A DNA stretch of 63,993 nt, the filler included, from Dirinaria sp. TL-2023a (taxonomy: Eukaryota), in assembly GCA_051941275.1 (NCBI GenBank). It is 44 parts of 44 records of this genome, joined end to end, with 100 filler letters (N's around TTAATTAATTAA, not from the genome) between each part and the next. Parts side by side here need not be neighbours in the genome. Positions count along the whole stretch, not along the records: positions 46,860 to 48,201 come from JAVEBF010002789.1; positions 48,302 to 49,642 come from JAVEBF010002790.1; positions 49,743 to 51,083 come from JAVEBF010002791.1; positions 51,184 to 52,523 come from JAVEBF010002792.1; positions 52,624 to 53,961 come from JAVEBF010002793.1; positions 54,062 to 55,398 come from JAVEBF010002794.1; positions 55,499 to 56,834 come from JAVEBF010002795.1; positions 56,935 to 58,269 come from JAVEBF010002796.1; 36 more parts are not named here. One strand, 5' to 3'. Both the position numbers and the translations under genes were made by a program. Of this stretch, positions 46,760 to 58,269 are shown in pieces. The notes beneath the pieces are model-generated. The model worked only from the letters and a program-made list of their open reading frames with translations, had not been told where the DNA came from and did no database searches. The stretch's first letter is position 1; the number at the start of each line of letters is the position of its first letter.

Positions 46760-47784
46760 NNNNNNNNNNNNNNNNNNNNNNNNNNNNNNNNNNNNNNNNN
46801 NNNTTAATTAATTAANNNNNNNNNNNNNNNNNNNNNNNNNNNNNNNNNNNNNNNNNNNNCGGCGATCCTGACGATTCTGATTGATCGTGAGTGTTTGATC
46901 TCGATAAAGGTTTTGATGATCGTGAAAGACTTGCGATGATCGTGACGAGTGAAGCTTGACTGCGCAGAATCACACTGCTTAGTAGACTTCGCAATAACGA
47001 CAATAACAATAGCAATTGATGATCGTAGATTAGACAACAGCGCATGATGATCGTGGTGAGCGTGAATAACATAGAAATTGTGATCGCACTATAGTCTCAA
47101 TAGTATGAAACAATAGGAAGAAAAGGCGCGTGTGAGTTTCAGACGCGTGATTGAGATGACAGTAAAAGGTATTTAATCATCTTTCTTTTCGTCTGCTTCT
47201 TCTTCTTCTTCTTTTCTTCTTCATTTACAGACATAGACAAGCTTTGTAAGTATAATCTCAGCGCTCTTTCTGCGACGTTTTGCTATCTGATCATCTTCTC
47301 TTGCGTGTCTGATTACTCTGATATCTGCTCTGCGATGACATCGACAGTCGCAAGTCGATATGAATGCGATTTGAGCTGATTTCTGTTGCTTGCAGCGCGA
47401 GTTTGCGTTGCGATCATTCTCTTGATGTTGCTATGCGTTTCAAATCGAGCAGACTGACTAACATATCGACTTCTATTTGACAGAGAACAACTATGATAAG
47501 TACTTTCGCTGCGAGACTGCTGAGATCGCTGAGAATCATCGCTGACGTTCGCATAGACAAAAAAGTCTATTCTTCGAGATCGCTCGCGCGATCTCAACGA
47601 TCGTTTTGTGTCGTCGTCTGCGCTGTCGTCTCTCTCGCTCTTCGCGCAGTTGCTCTTCGAGCTCGCGCTCACGATTCTCGTCGACGTCGCTCTCTCGTCT
47701 GCGAGCTTTTCTGACGTGCTCGCGTCTCTCTTCGGCTCTCTCACTTCTTTGATGCCGATTTTCGCCGCAGATAAACTCGCTACG

Positions 47785-48201
47785 TGTCAAAGACCCAACC
47801 TTGGTTAGATAGGTTTCCCAATGGTAAAAGTCCCGGCAGCGCCAAAAGACTAACTAAACCAAGTCAAGGGACTTGGTGTCTATCTTACTACTTAGGTGTT
47901 TCAGGGTCGTAACACTACTCGGAGCTCTCTCCGAGCTTCGTCCCGAAGCTCAGCAAGCTCAGAGCCAATGAATAGAAGGTTCGTCTTAAGTGAAAAGGTT
48001 AAGTAGTCGCCCCGAGCTTAGATAAGCTCTCAGTCACAAGTCCTCGCCGAAACCCGAAAACCCTTCAAGCGTTCGGGCTGAAAATCGAACTCAGAACCTT
48101 GCGACCGGGTTGACTTGGTTTAATGTCAAAGACTCAACCTTGGTTAGATAGATTTCTCAATGATAAAAGTCCCGGCAGCGCCAAAAGACTAACTAAATCA
48201 A
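47785..48201 (-). mobile_element. TRIM-like mini-element, family A (least mutated copy)
   Basis: LTR 47785-47914 (130 bp), 209-bp interior, second LTR from 48124 to the contig end. Confidence 0.9.
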
Positions 48202-49219
48202 NNNNNNNNNNNNNNNNNNNNNNNNNNNNNNNNNNNNNNNNNNNNTTAATTAATTAANNNNNNNNNNNNNNNNNNNNNNNNNNNNNNNNNNNNNNNNNNN
48301 NGAAAAGAAAAGAGGGAGAAAACGGAGTTATTTCCATACTGTTTGATCTTACACCGTCATTGTGCATTCTTTTCGTTTTCTCGTTCTTTTCTTCTGCCCC
48401 ATTTTGCCGCCATCGCACTGCAAACGACTTTTTGGGAGGATAGGGGTTGGGCTGGATGATAGGGTTGGCAGAGTCCTCTCACTAGCCAATTTAACTTTAC
48501 TTGAGCATCTTTTTAGACTCATGTTAGAGAGTCTGGAGAGTGACACATGATCTTATGCACATTGATATCTGGAGAAGAGGGGCGAAGAAGGGGTAAGATG
48601 TCGTAGAGAGGGGACAGAGCTGGATGACCGATCGATTTCGATCAAGCAGAAGGATCATGTCTGTTGTACATGCATGAGTTTCTCGGCTCAATCTCAGTCT
48701 CTAGAAGATCTCAAGATCGCAAGCACTCGATGTTGAACATATACAGGGGCAAGAAAGAGAAAGTGATGAGTGCTTGACAAAGAGATCTTAACAACTAGAA
48801 ACGATATGTAATTGAACAAGTATTACCCAACCCAGGAACAACGTTGAGGTCGGTAAAGTTTTCATTGTACAATCATATGCTACATCCCGTTGATGGGCGG
48901 ATGTAATCCATTGCTGATGTGTTCTCAACTCGCACTTAAGTCATGCGTGAGCAGATTTGAGCTCAAAACGAAACCAGATCAAAATCCAAAGTCATGAATC
49001 ACGCCTAGTAACGGCCGACGCGCTGATAGCCTTCGAAACCGTACTCCATCATCTAAGGGTTGTCGCAGAATGCGTCAGGAATGTAGATGCGTCTTCCAAT
49101 GTCTGCAAAGTGATGAACAATGCCCGCCGTCGACAGATTTTCTGAAGGCTTCTATCCTGATATTCATTTATCGACTTGATCATCGGAAGAGCAGTGGAAA
49201 GATGCAATGGGCTGCACCA

Positions 49220-49642
49220 CTAGTGAGGTGCAAACCCAATTTGCGGATTGAGCTGATAATTTGCTGCTTCGGAAGGCTGGAAGAGCACAGGAGCACTATG
49301 ATCATTAGTTGCTCGTGTTGTCGGCAACTCCACATAGCGTGAAGGGCTGGCACAATGACCAAGAGTAGATGGAAGCATGCCTTCCTCGCGAAGCGCAGCT
49401 GCAAGATCAGGTTGACTGTTATGAGCTCCTTTCTCGATCAGCCAGTCAATGTAGTCTGGTGGCACATCCCGCAATCGGTTGCCATGGTATTTGCCAAAGT
49501 CAAGCATGTAGGCAGATCCGTCATAGTTGAGCATCGTGCCATTGCGTCTCGCAATGTCGTTGTGCGACCGCTTTCGCGCAATAGAGATGGGGATATTAGT
49601 GTCATCGAAATCACTGGATCTGCCATTCCGCTTTGGAGTAGA
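49220..49642 (-). CDS. Hypothetical protein with an FGKYxG..L.DVP.DY..WL motif (DUF3820-like)
   Basis: LDFGKYHGNRLRDVPPDYIDWL; the frame is open to the contig end. Confidence 0.6.
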   Translation of the reverse strand, partial: STPKRNGRSSDFDDTNIPISIARKRSHNDIARRNGTMLNYDGSAYMLDFGKYHGNRLRDVPPDYIDWLIEKGAHNSQPDLAAALREEGMLPSTLGHCASPSRYVELPTTRATNDHSAPVLFQPSEAANYQLNPQIGFAPH

Positions 49643-49742
49643 NNNNNNNNNNNNNNNNNNNNNNNNNNNNNNNNNNNNNNNNNNNNTTAATTAATTAANN
49701 NNNNNNNNNNNNNNNNNNNNNNNNNNNNNNNNNNNNNNNNNN

Positions 49743-49882
49743 GCATACCCGACCCCCTATTTGTTGCTTGCACCTTCTGTATCTATACTTCTTCTTCTTC
49801 TGGTCCTTCCTTTTCTTCCTTATAGATAGTGTCCTAGTCTATTTGTACCCATATGCCATTGAGCGCTGTGCAGGCCCTGACA
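49743..49882 (+). mobile_element. LTR family B, 3' part, abutting an integrase gene
   Basis: ...ATAGATAGTGTCCTAGTC...GTGCAGGCCCTGACA. Confidence 0.85.
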
Positions 49883-50508
49883 AAAGCTCTTAGATATTGC
49901 TCTAAAACTTGATTTTGACGTTCGATTAAATCATTCGTCTGTGAATGAAAAGCAGTGCTCAATCGACGTTTAATTTTCGCATGAAAACATACTGCGAACC
50001 AAAAAACACTAATGAATACAGATTCTCTGTCACTCACTATGTCGTCTGATATATCAAAACGTAGAACGATTTTTTCGAAAAATATTTTCGTCAGTTGCGC
50101 GACGTTTATAATTTTTTTAACAGATAAATATTTAGTCATTTTGATGTATCTGTCAATCATCACTAATATAAAGTCATAGACAACGTTGCGTCGTTTGCTC
50201 GTCGACAAGCTCGATATAAAATTCATGATTAATTCTTTTCATGACTTTGTGACAACAGACAAAGACTTAAACTCATCATATGATCTATGTCGCGATGCTT
50301 TGATGCGTTGACAAATATCACATGATCGAATATATTCTTTCATCTGCTCTTCGCAGACGAGTCAGTAATATTTTCTCTGAATTAGTTTCAGAGTTTTTTC
50401 TGCATCAAAGTGATCGATCAAAGAATCATCATGATTTTTGCGAATAAGTTCTTCTCTTACAGCCTCATTCCCGAGAACATAAAGTCGATCTTCATGTCTA
50501 ACTAGACC
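49883..50508 (-). pseudogene. Ty3/Gypsy integrase (HHCC and catalytic core), RIP-mutated
   Basis: HDDSLIDHFDAEKT, CDICQR, ILVMIDRYIKM, IVSDRESVF, STAFHSQTNDLIERQNQVLEQYLR. Confidence 0.92.
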
Positions 50509-50756
50509 TGTCATGAACCTGCCCTGGAAGCACCTATGTGTGGACCCTGGAGACTTCTAATATTAAGGAGTTTTGCACTATATTCTTATAGGCGTTATCC
50601 GCAGACCCGTTACCCGCACACCCGATCCCCTATTTGTTGCTTGCACCTCCTGTACTTATACTTGTGCTTCTGGTTTTTTCCTTCTTCTCTTCCTTATACT
50701 TAGTGTCCTAGTCTAGTAGTACTCATATGCCTATGAGCGCTGTGCAGGTCATGACA
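50509..50756 (+). mobile_element. LTR family B, solo copy (248 bp)
   Basis: TGTCATG...CATGACA inverted termini; homologous to the other B copies. Confidence 0.9.
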
Positions 50757-51083
50757 CTAGATGTCTTAGAAAAGGCAACAGAGACATTCACGTTCTGAGT
50801 TAAGTCGCATGAGATGATCAAAGCGACATGAACAGACGAGTGCACTCAGGCAGTGAAAGAGACTAAACGTCTGCGTCGCGAATGTCGTACTTCGACAGAC
50901 TGACAAACGTATATAAAAGTCTGCGATCGCAAAAGAAAAATATTGAGAAAACATAAACGAAACGAGTTTCGCACGATCATGCAGATCTCGAAAACGACTA
51001 GTAAAACTCTCTTCAGCAACGTCAAATGAGCTCGAAACGCGATAACAGACACGTTGACTCAAGCGATCATTTCATCGTTAAAT
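50757..51083 (+). pseudogene. LINE ORF2 fragment (endonuclease-RT linker), RIP-mutated
   Basis: Near-identical to about 58116-58269, which continues a LINE endonuclease domain. Confidence 0.75.
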
Positions 51084-51639
51084 NNNNNNNNNNNNNNNNN
51101 NNNNNNNNNNNNNNNNNNNNNNNNNNNTTAATTAATTAANNNNNNNNNNNNNNNNNNNNNNNNNNNNNNNNNNNNNNNNNNNNGTTCAATACTCACACAT
51201 TCATATTATGCCTGATTTCAGTTCATAGATTTCTTTTCTTCTTCATGCTTTGTGTATTTAGGTAATAGTACCTGCATAGATCATATCTTCTGCATCGGTC
51301 CTGACATGTGATGGATTTTCACATTCTTCTTCCTATGCTTCTGGGACTAGCATTTCTGGTACTAGCTTTTATCTTTTACTTCTATGGCTTTGCATCATGC
51401 ACTTGGCGCATTCCGCACCAATGCCGGTTTCACATGCCTTCCGGGCCTATGGCGGAACCCCCTGGGGCAGGTATGGTCTATTTAGCAGGCGATTGCACCC
51501 AGATTTCCCAGGCGATCTCCATTATTATTAGCTATTTTGACTATCTACCTTATAGGTAATATCATTATATTTGGCCCATCATTTGGCCCATAACATTGAG
51601 AATAAGTTATGCATAACGACTTCACGTTTGATAATAACA

Positions 51640-52167
51640 AACAATTTGTATCACGATCTCAAAAAACTCACAACAGTTAAAACGTGTTATTAACACGTCG
51701 TCAATGAGTATAAACTCAGAGATTTCAGCGTTTTAATAAACACGTTAATTAAATTCGAACTTCTTAAAACAATCGATTGCGAATTCGTAAATTCGTATGA
51801 TATCAAATTTCGAGAAATCATCAACGAACTTAACATATATCTCGATTATTCAAAAATGAACGAGAATTGATTGATTTTTAAATATTTAGTTGAATTTTCT
51901 CACTCGACTCGCATTTTCATTAATCGTTGAGCTCATGAGCACGAATCGTTCATCGATGAAAACACTTTTAAATACAAATTTCAAATTGTTATGCACGATT
52001 ACGAATCTCAGTGCATCAATTTCATTGAAACGTCATCTGCAAATCGTTTCGATATCGTCTCGTTGACTCAGAGTTTTGTCGTAAACATTAGTGAAATCAG
52101 CGCATACGTCGCAAACTCTGTTTCTGATCGAAGAGTGATCATCGAAAACGCAGTTTTCGATGCTCAT
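51640..52167 (+). pseudogene. Copia-like gag remnant, heavily RIP-mutated
   Basis: VNEYKLRDFSVL..KFELLKTIDC..YDIKFREIINEL...NEN*LIFKYL resembles the Copia gag helical domain. Confidence 0.55.
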
Positions 52168-52260
52168 TGTCAGGGTCTGCACAGCACTCAATGGCATATG
52201 GGTACAAATAGACTAGGACACTATCTATGAAGAAGAAAAGGAAAGGAAATCTAAATACAG
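52168..52260 (-). mobile_element. LTR family B-related fragment
   Basis: TGTCAGGGTCTGCACAGCACTCAATGGCATATGGGTACAAATAGACTAGGACACTATCTAT is the reverse complement of the B LTR 3' end. Confidence 0.8.
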
Positions 52261-53483
52261 ACAGATTTAAATGTGAGATCGAAATAACATCGATTCGAGA
52301 ACGTTAAATTTGATCAGACAAAAACACAACATTTTTAACAAAATATTTGATATAAATTTTTTCACATACATGTGATATTTAGAGACTCTGTTTTAGAATT
52401 CAGAGTTCAAAAAATTACATAATTTAGTCATGTGATCAAATTCATAAAGATTTAATTTATGAGATTATTTTTCTTTTCAATAAACAACGTCTCTATTGCG
52501 ATTGAAATAAGATTATTTCGAAANNNNNNNNNNNNNNNNNNNNNNNNNNNNNNNNNNNNNNNNNNNNTTAATTAATTAANNNNNNNNNNNNNNNNNNNNN
52601 NNNNNNNNNNNNNNNNNNNNNNNTATTGAGCAGGCTATTGCAAAAGATAACACGAGCGAGCACATGAAACATGAGAGATATAGTGACGCTATTGAGGAGA
52701 GCATTTTGCCGACAAAGGAGCTTAGACGTTCCCCTTTAGGTTGTCAATAGGAAAGTCACGTGCACGAAACAGGGGATGGAATAGACGGCTACACTGACTC
52801 AAAATCTTTGAAGAAACAATTGATGTACACATAAGAGAGGCAGATAAACCGGAGGCGAAAAAAAGAAAAAGACCACTCGCATCTATGTGCGCGGCAAGAC
52901 GGTTCTCAACAATCCGTTTGCCGGCATACCTACTGTAGAAACGGGCGCTCCTCTTGTTCGGCCAATACCCATTTGAGGCTTGCTCTTCCACACATGCCCA
53001 CATATTGGAGAGAACGGCATTGTGAATTCGATTGCTCAATAACATGGTGTTACTATCGCAAAAGATGAGCTGCGTAAAGCTCCCAGAGACTGTAAGTGAA
53101 GAAGATGGGATAGTAGAGGGCGGGAGAAACACGAGCCCCTAAAATGTATTAGCGTCTTGTGATATCGCGTACCGCGCATTGATCGCCCGGTCCGTCTTCG
53201 GCTCCCGACGCGTTCGATTGGGGGACGCGCTATTGACCAATCACACGTCATCGAGACCCTTTCTGGTCTCGTGCGGCATAAAAGTAATTGACTTGCTACA
53301 AACCGTACAGTAGGTGTTTGTCATTGGCTTCACTTCACCTAATCATCACTTACCACGTCGAATATCACCTACGAGAACAAGCTACTCCATCACCTGCATG
53401 CCAATTACCAATAAAGCTCCGCACTCTGGAGAGTTGACTGGCTTTTGTGACAATGCTTCAAAGCCGAGGAGAAGTCCACCGAT

Positions 53484-53961
53484 ATGGCAGTGAACAACGA
53501 CCCAAGTCCGCCCGCCAGCGCGAGTGGTATTGCTGCTAGATCGACAGGCAGGAAAAGTCTGTCACCGCTTCGCCATCGTCCACTGGGCAGAGCTTCCACC
53601 TTTGCCACCGACATCGCCAATCCTCGAAGAAGCTCCAATTTTTCAGAGTCGATCGACGAAGCAAGGCACTCTCTAAAATCACTGACCGACGACCTTCTCT
53701 TGCCAAATGTGCAAAATGGCGGTCTTGAGACGGACGGCGAACCATCGCACTGGCATTCTGCGCCTCTGGCGTTGGCATTACTGCCAGCCATAGGGGGATT
53801 GCTCTTTAAGAATGGAGGTGCTGTTATAACTGACGTGACCCTACTCGGTATGGCTGGTATCTTCCTCAACTGGACCGTGAGGCTGCCATGGTATACTTGG
53901 ACCTTCCAGCTATTGTCAATTATTCCACTGACCACTTCCAGGCATTGGTACCGCTCCGCCC
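53484..53961 (+). CDS. Ascomycete hypothetical membrane protein, 5' part; intron about 53891-53941
   Basis: SHWHSAPLALALLPAIGGLLFKNGGAVITDVTLLG..FLNWTVRLPW, then GT..CTGAC..CAG and HWYRSA. Confidence 0.8.
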
Positions 53962-54112
53962 NNNNNNNNNNNNNNNNNNNNNNNNNNNNNNNNNNNNNNN
54001 NNNNNTTAATTAATTAANNNNNNNNNNNNNNNNNNNNNNNNNNNNNNNNNNNNNNNNNNNNGAATATGAAACGTATCTTTATATAGAGCTTATTCACAGA
54101 CGAGAAACTATA

Positions 54113-54595
54113 ATGAAGACAAGCTCAGAGCTTCGAATATTACAGTACAACGTTCAAAAATCGAGAAACAAGATGATGATAACTCTGCTGCAGAAGAAGA
54201 AAATTAAGAAATACGATATACTGATAATACAAAAGCTTTGACGTCACAGCGAAAACGCGAGAACGTATAATTCACGAAACATCAATTTCACGCTAAAAAA
54301 CAATGAAGAAAGAACGTGTTTTTACGTCAACAAACGAATCGACAATAACAGTTGACACACAAAATGACATTTTAAAAACGTAAACACGATTACATTGCAT
54401 TTACGCTCTGACGACGAGAGAAACGAGAACACGATATTTCATGTTTATAAGATATACAACTCGCTCTCGATCAATCACAACGAGATAAATAACAAAAAAA
54501 GTTTATTAGAAATGAAAACGACAATGAGTATGCACGAAAAAAGTGTGGTAATTAAAGATTTCAATTTGCATCACTCGTTATGAGCTAACTCATTT
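54113..54595 (+). pseudogene. Tad1-like LINE ORF2 apurinic endonuclease domain, RIP-mutated
   Basis: LRILQYNVQKSR..YDILIIQKL*..RTCFYVNKRI..IYN..VVIKDFNLHHSL* corresponds to LQxN, QEPW, YNP and GDFNLHHPLW. Starts at an overlapping TAATG. Confidence 0.88.
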
Positions 54596-54757
54596 TGTCA
54601 GGGATCTAGGCTGCATAGATAGATATGATATTGACGAGAATACTAGCTATGCAGAACTAAGATACAGGGGAGCGAGATTTAAATAGAAATCTCGTCCGCT
54701 AGCGCTCCCGAGGTTCCTCCGAGGGAGCTTCAACACCATCGCACTAAATTCGTGACA
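54596..54757 (-). mobile_element. LTR family C (162 bp), 3' LTR
   Basis: TGTCA...TGACA termini; homologous to 57566-57727; purine tract GAAAAGAGAGATGA precedes it on minus. Confidence 0.82.
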
Positions 54758-54913
54758 TCATCTCTCTTTTCAAAGACGACGAGCTCTCGTGAGTTTATCT
54801 CAAAAACCCCGAGTAGCGTGCGTGATCATACTCGAGTATTTGACGTGAAAATAATCGAGTATCGAGCGTGAAAAAACGAGTAATGAAAATGATAAAACGT
54901 TCGCAGAGTAACG

Positions 54914-55200
54914 TGTTATGAATCTGACCTGGAAGCCCTATTATAGGTCACATGCTTGTGGTCACGTACTTGTCACTAGACCCTGAAGACCCCTATTACT
55001 AGGTTTTTACCCGACCGGGTCCCTACAAAACCAGGCACCCACCTCTGTATCTAGACTTCTTCTTTTCTTCCTCATAGTTAGTGTCCTAGTCAAATAGTAC
55101 CCACATGCTATGTTCGCTGTGCAGGCCCTGACATTAATATCAGAGTTCTCAGGGTCCTCCAGGGTCCACACATAGGTGCTTCCAGGTCAGGTTCATGACA
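54914..55200. mobile_element. B-related LTR (+, 54914-55133) abutting a partial family B LTR (-, 55134-55200)
   Basis: TGTTATGAATCTGACCTGG...GCAGGCCCTGACA followed by sequence matching about 10540-10606. Confidence 0.8.
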
Positions 55201-55498
55201 TTACCCCTGAGAGCCCTGGGAGGTGTTGCCCCAGGTAGTATACCAGGTGCATGCTCGTAACAGATTTAAACTCTCATTAGCTCACGGAATATTTCAGATC
55301 GTGAGCACAAGTAATTACGAATCTACTGATTCGAATACGATGAGTTTTTTTTTTGTCGACAAGAGAGTTCTGATGAGCGTTCATTCTCATGGTCTTGCNN
55401 NNNNNNNNNNNNNNNNNNNNNNNNNNNNNNNNNNNNNNNNNNTTAATTAATTAANNNNNNNNNNNNNNNNNNNNNNNNNNNNNNNNNNNNNNNNNNNN

Positions 55499-56501
55499 GT
55501 AGGATCGTTGGTGACATTCTGATAGTTGAGCACTGTGCGGACTAGGGACAGCGAGCCGGTACTTGGACGTGGGATAATGTTAGTTATTGACACCAGTGAT
55601 TATCAATTGAGGAAGGCCAACTTGTGAAATTAGTAGCGGCGACTTACATGACTCCGAGTCCCATGAGTAAGCAAAGGCCGACTTTGCTCCGAAAGCCGAT
55701 TTGGACTTTGCGAAGGATGAGAATGGGGAAAGCGGAGAGGAAGTAGTCCGAGATAATCGATATAACTGAAGAATGGTCCCGTCAGTTGTCGAACCGACCC
55801 AGTTCGAGAATCACGCCTAGGCTTCTTACTCGCTTGAGATATGATGATTCTTTCGAGTTGACCTTTGGAGAAGCATTTTCCTGGCATTTTCGTATTCCAA
55901 GCTTTATCGAGATGCGGTGTGCATTGGAGGATCCATAGCAGACTCAACACAATGTTGCTGATCGCAAGGATGGCAATTGCGACATAGAGCGGTCTGATGA
56001 AGGCTTTGGTAATTGTGATGCGCAGCAGGAACAGGCAGATGGAGATCTTGGTGAACGTCAAGGTCGCAAAGGTCTGTGCAGTTTGGATGAGCGCTGCTCC
56101 TTGAAGATCTGCTTTCCAGGAGGCGCCACCTACCTGTAACCATTCGCCATACGCGTACTTCATGAATTCCTGAAATTGATGTTCCGTTAGGTAGTATGCG
56201 GGTCTTCCAAAACCGTAACCGATTTGTGTAGCTATCAGTCCCATGCCGATTATGTGCCCAAACTATATCCTGGTACTAAGTTGTCTTCGATCTCATCCGA
56301 TTGCTCCCAGAGTGAAGGACTTACTGCGGCGAAAACGATACACCAATCATCCCAGCCTACTCTTTTCACGAGCCATATTCGAGTCAAAAAGCGCAGAGAA
56401 ATGGAAATGATGACGACTGTCAATGCCAGTATGGATGTGGCAAGAATCCCGCCTGAACGGTCTGCATTTCCTATGTCTGGTGGAGTAGTTGGCTTCTGCA
56501 T
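55499..56501 (-). CDS. Fungal rhodopsin-domain (PTH11-like) integral membrane protein, multi-exon, 5' part
   Basis: LRFLTRIWLVKRVGWDDW, GYGFGR, FTKISICLFLLRI, LQCTP..KAW..GKC; GT-AG introns, e.g. 56263-56324. Confidence 0.9.
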
Positions 56502-57565
56502 ATTCCAAACAACGATGTATGGTCCGACTTATTGGGGCAGTCCGATCGTAGCAAACAAGAACAGACAATTCGAAGTAGAAGAAGCACACAATCTTCACAA
56601 AGCTCAAGTAGTAACGAGAAGGCTGTGCACAAGAGTACCAAGAGAATCAATGGGACTTTACCAGCTAGTGTAGCTACTAGAGTACATTCTTCAAGCCGCA
56701 GTAGTGAAAGCCGCAGACAACAAGCAATGGAGAAAAGAAGAATGGACACGGAGAGATCGCGATCAAGTTATCCAGAGGTAAGGCTGCTTGGGCTGTGCCA
56801 CGGATGTCACCGTACCTATGGCGATCTGTCGCCCNNNNNNNNNNNNNNNNNNNNNNNNNNNNNNNNNNNNNNNNNNNNTTAATTAATTAANNNNNNNNNN
56901 NNNNNNNNNNNNNNNNNNNNNNNNNNNNNNNNNNGTTTTTGTAATCAAAAGAAATTGTTGCTTCATAATAATATTGCTTCATTTATTGTAACACGATTGA
57001 TTCGAATAACACGACTGCGAAAACTCGAGCGATTGTGTCTGAAAGTGTCGTTAGAAATCGCGTTGTCTGATGCAAACATTGATATATCGTTCGCTATTTT
57101 GATCAAGTCGCGAGAGTGTTAAAGTCTTTTGAAACAAACTCATTATTCGTTCGTGTACTGAGTATCTCGAATCGTTTTTAGAGCAGACTCATTATGTTTA
57201 ACTCTTTATCTTCTCGACGATAGACGAGTGAAGTCGTTTTTTCGTTGCATTGTATTCAGAACTGTTCTTAAACCAGACTCAATGTTCGTTCGTTTACTTT
57301 ATATCTCGAACTTTCTTTTTCGTGTGATCATCTTTTCTCAGAGTTCCTCAAGTCTTTTCGTGTGACGATGTTTATTCGAAAATAGCTCTTTCGAAACTGA
57401 TTTTTTCGAAACTGTCGACTTACGCAGTGACGACATGAAGAAAAAATTTGAGCTCATTTGCAAAAGTTTACTGTGATATTTTAGGAATCTAACTCGAGGA
57501 GTTGACGAAAAAACTTTCTTCAGAGTACGATTCGTCGACTGATTCTAAAGAAATAACTAGTATTA

Positions 57566-57727
57566 TATCAGAGATTTAGGTTACATAGATAGATATGATA
57601 TTGACGAGAATACTAGCTATGCAGAACTAAGATACATAAGGGCGAGGTTTAAGTAGAAATCTCGTCCGCTAGCGCTCCCGAGGTTCCTCCAAGGAAGCTC
57701 CAACACTATCGCACTACACCCGTGAGA
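57566..57727 (-). mobile_element. LTR family C (162 bp), 5' LTR
   Basis: Same length and core sequence as 54596-54757 (ATAGATAGATATGATATTGACGAGAATACTAGCTATGCAGAACTAAG). Confidence 0.8.
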
Positions 57728-58269
57728 CATTTTATCTCAGACAACATTTTCTCATCGATAATCTGCTAAATAACATGCGAAACGTCCACGTCTCGCTGAC
57801 GCTCTCAACTGACATCATAACGCGAGATTATCAGAGAGCTCAGATCATCATAAATTTGAGTTTTATCACACACGATGTTGCTGACAAACTAATATACTAC
57901 GAAATAAATAATGAAATAAAAAATTCATTTGATCATTTATCAATACGAACGATACTGAATTTTCGCACACAAAACGAGTCACAACGTCATTCTCAACGCA
58001 ACTGAAAGAAGATGAATGTGAAGAAATTCGACAATGTATTACGAGATCATTTATCAAAATCAATGTCACAAGAACTGACAAATCGTCAGCGCATTGACGA
58101 GTACACAATGAAGCTACTAAATGTTTTAGAAAAGGCAACAGAGACATTCACGCTCTGAGTCAAATCGCATGAGATGATCAAAACGACATGAACAGACGAG
58201 TGCACTCAGACAGTGAAAGAGATTAAACGTCTGCGTCGCGAATGTCGTATTTCGACAGACTGACAAACG
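57728..58269 (+). pseudogene. Tad1-like LINE ORF2 continuation, RIP-mutated
   Basis: FYLRQH..IINLSF..SFDHLSIRT..RN*KKMN correspond to TIDLxF, SDHLPI and RNWK motifs at the end of the endonuclease domain. Confidence 0.82.

Noticed and set aside
15853..58269. Alternative genetic code (TGA = Trp) suggested by TGA at many Trp positions
   Set aside because: The same regions show Gly->Asp/Glu and Pro->Ser/Leu in catalytic motifs, which GG->GA / CC->TC mutation explains. Intact genes use TGG for Trp and TGA as a stop.
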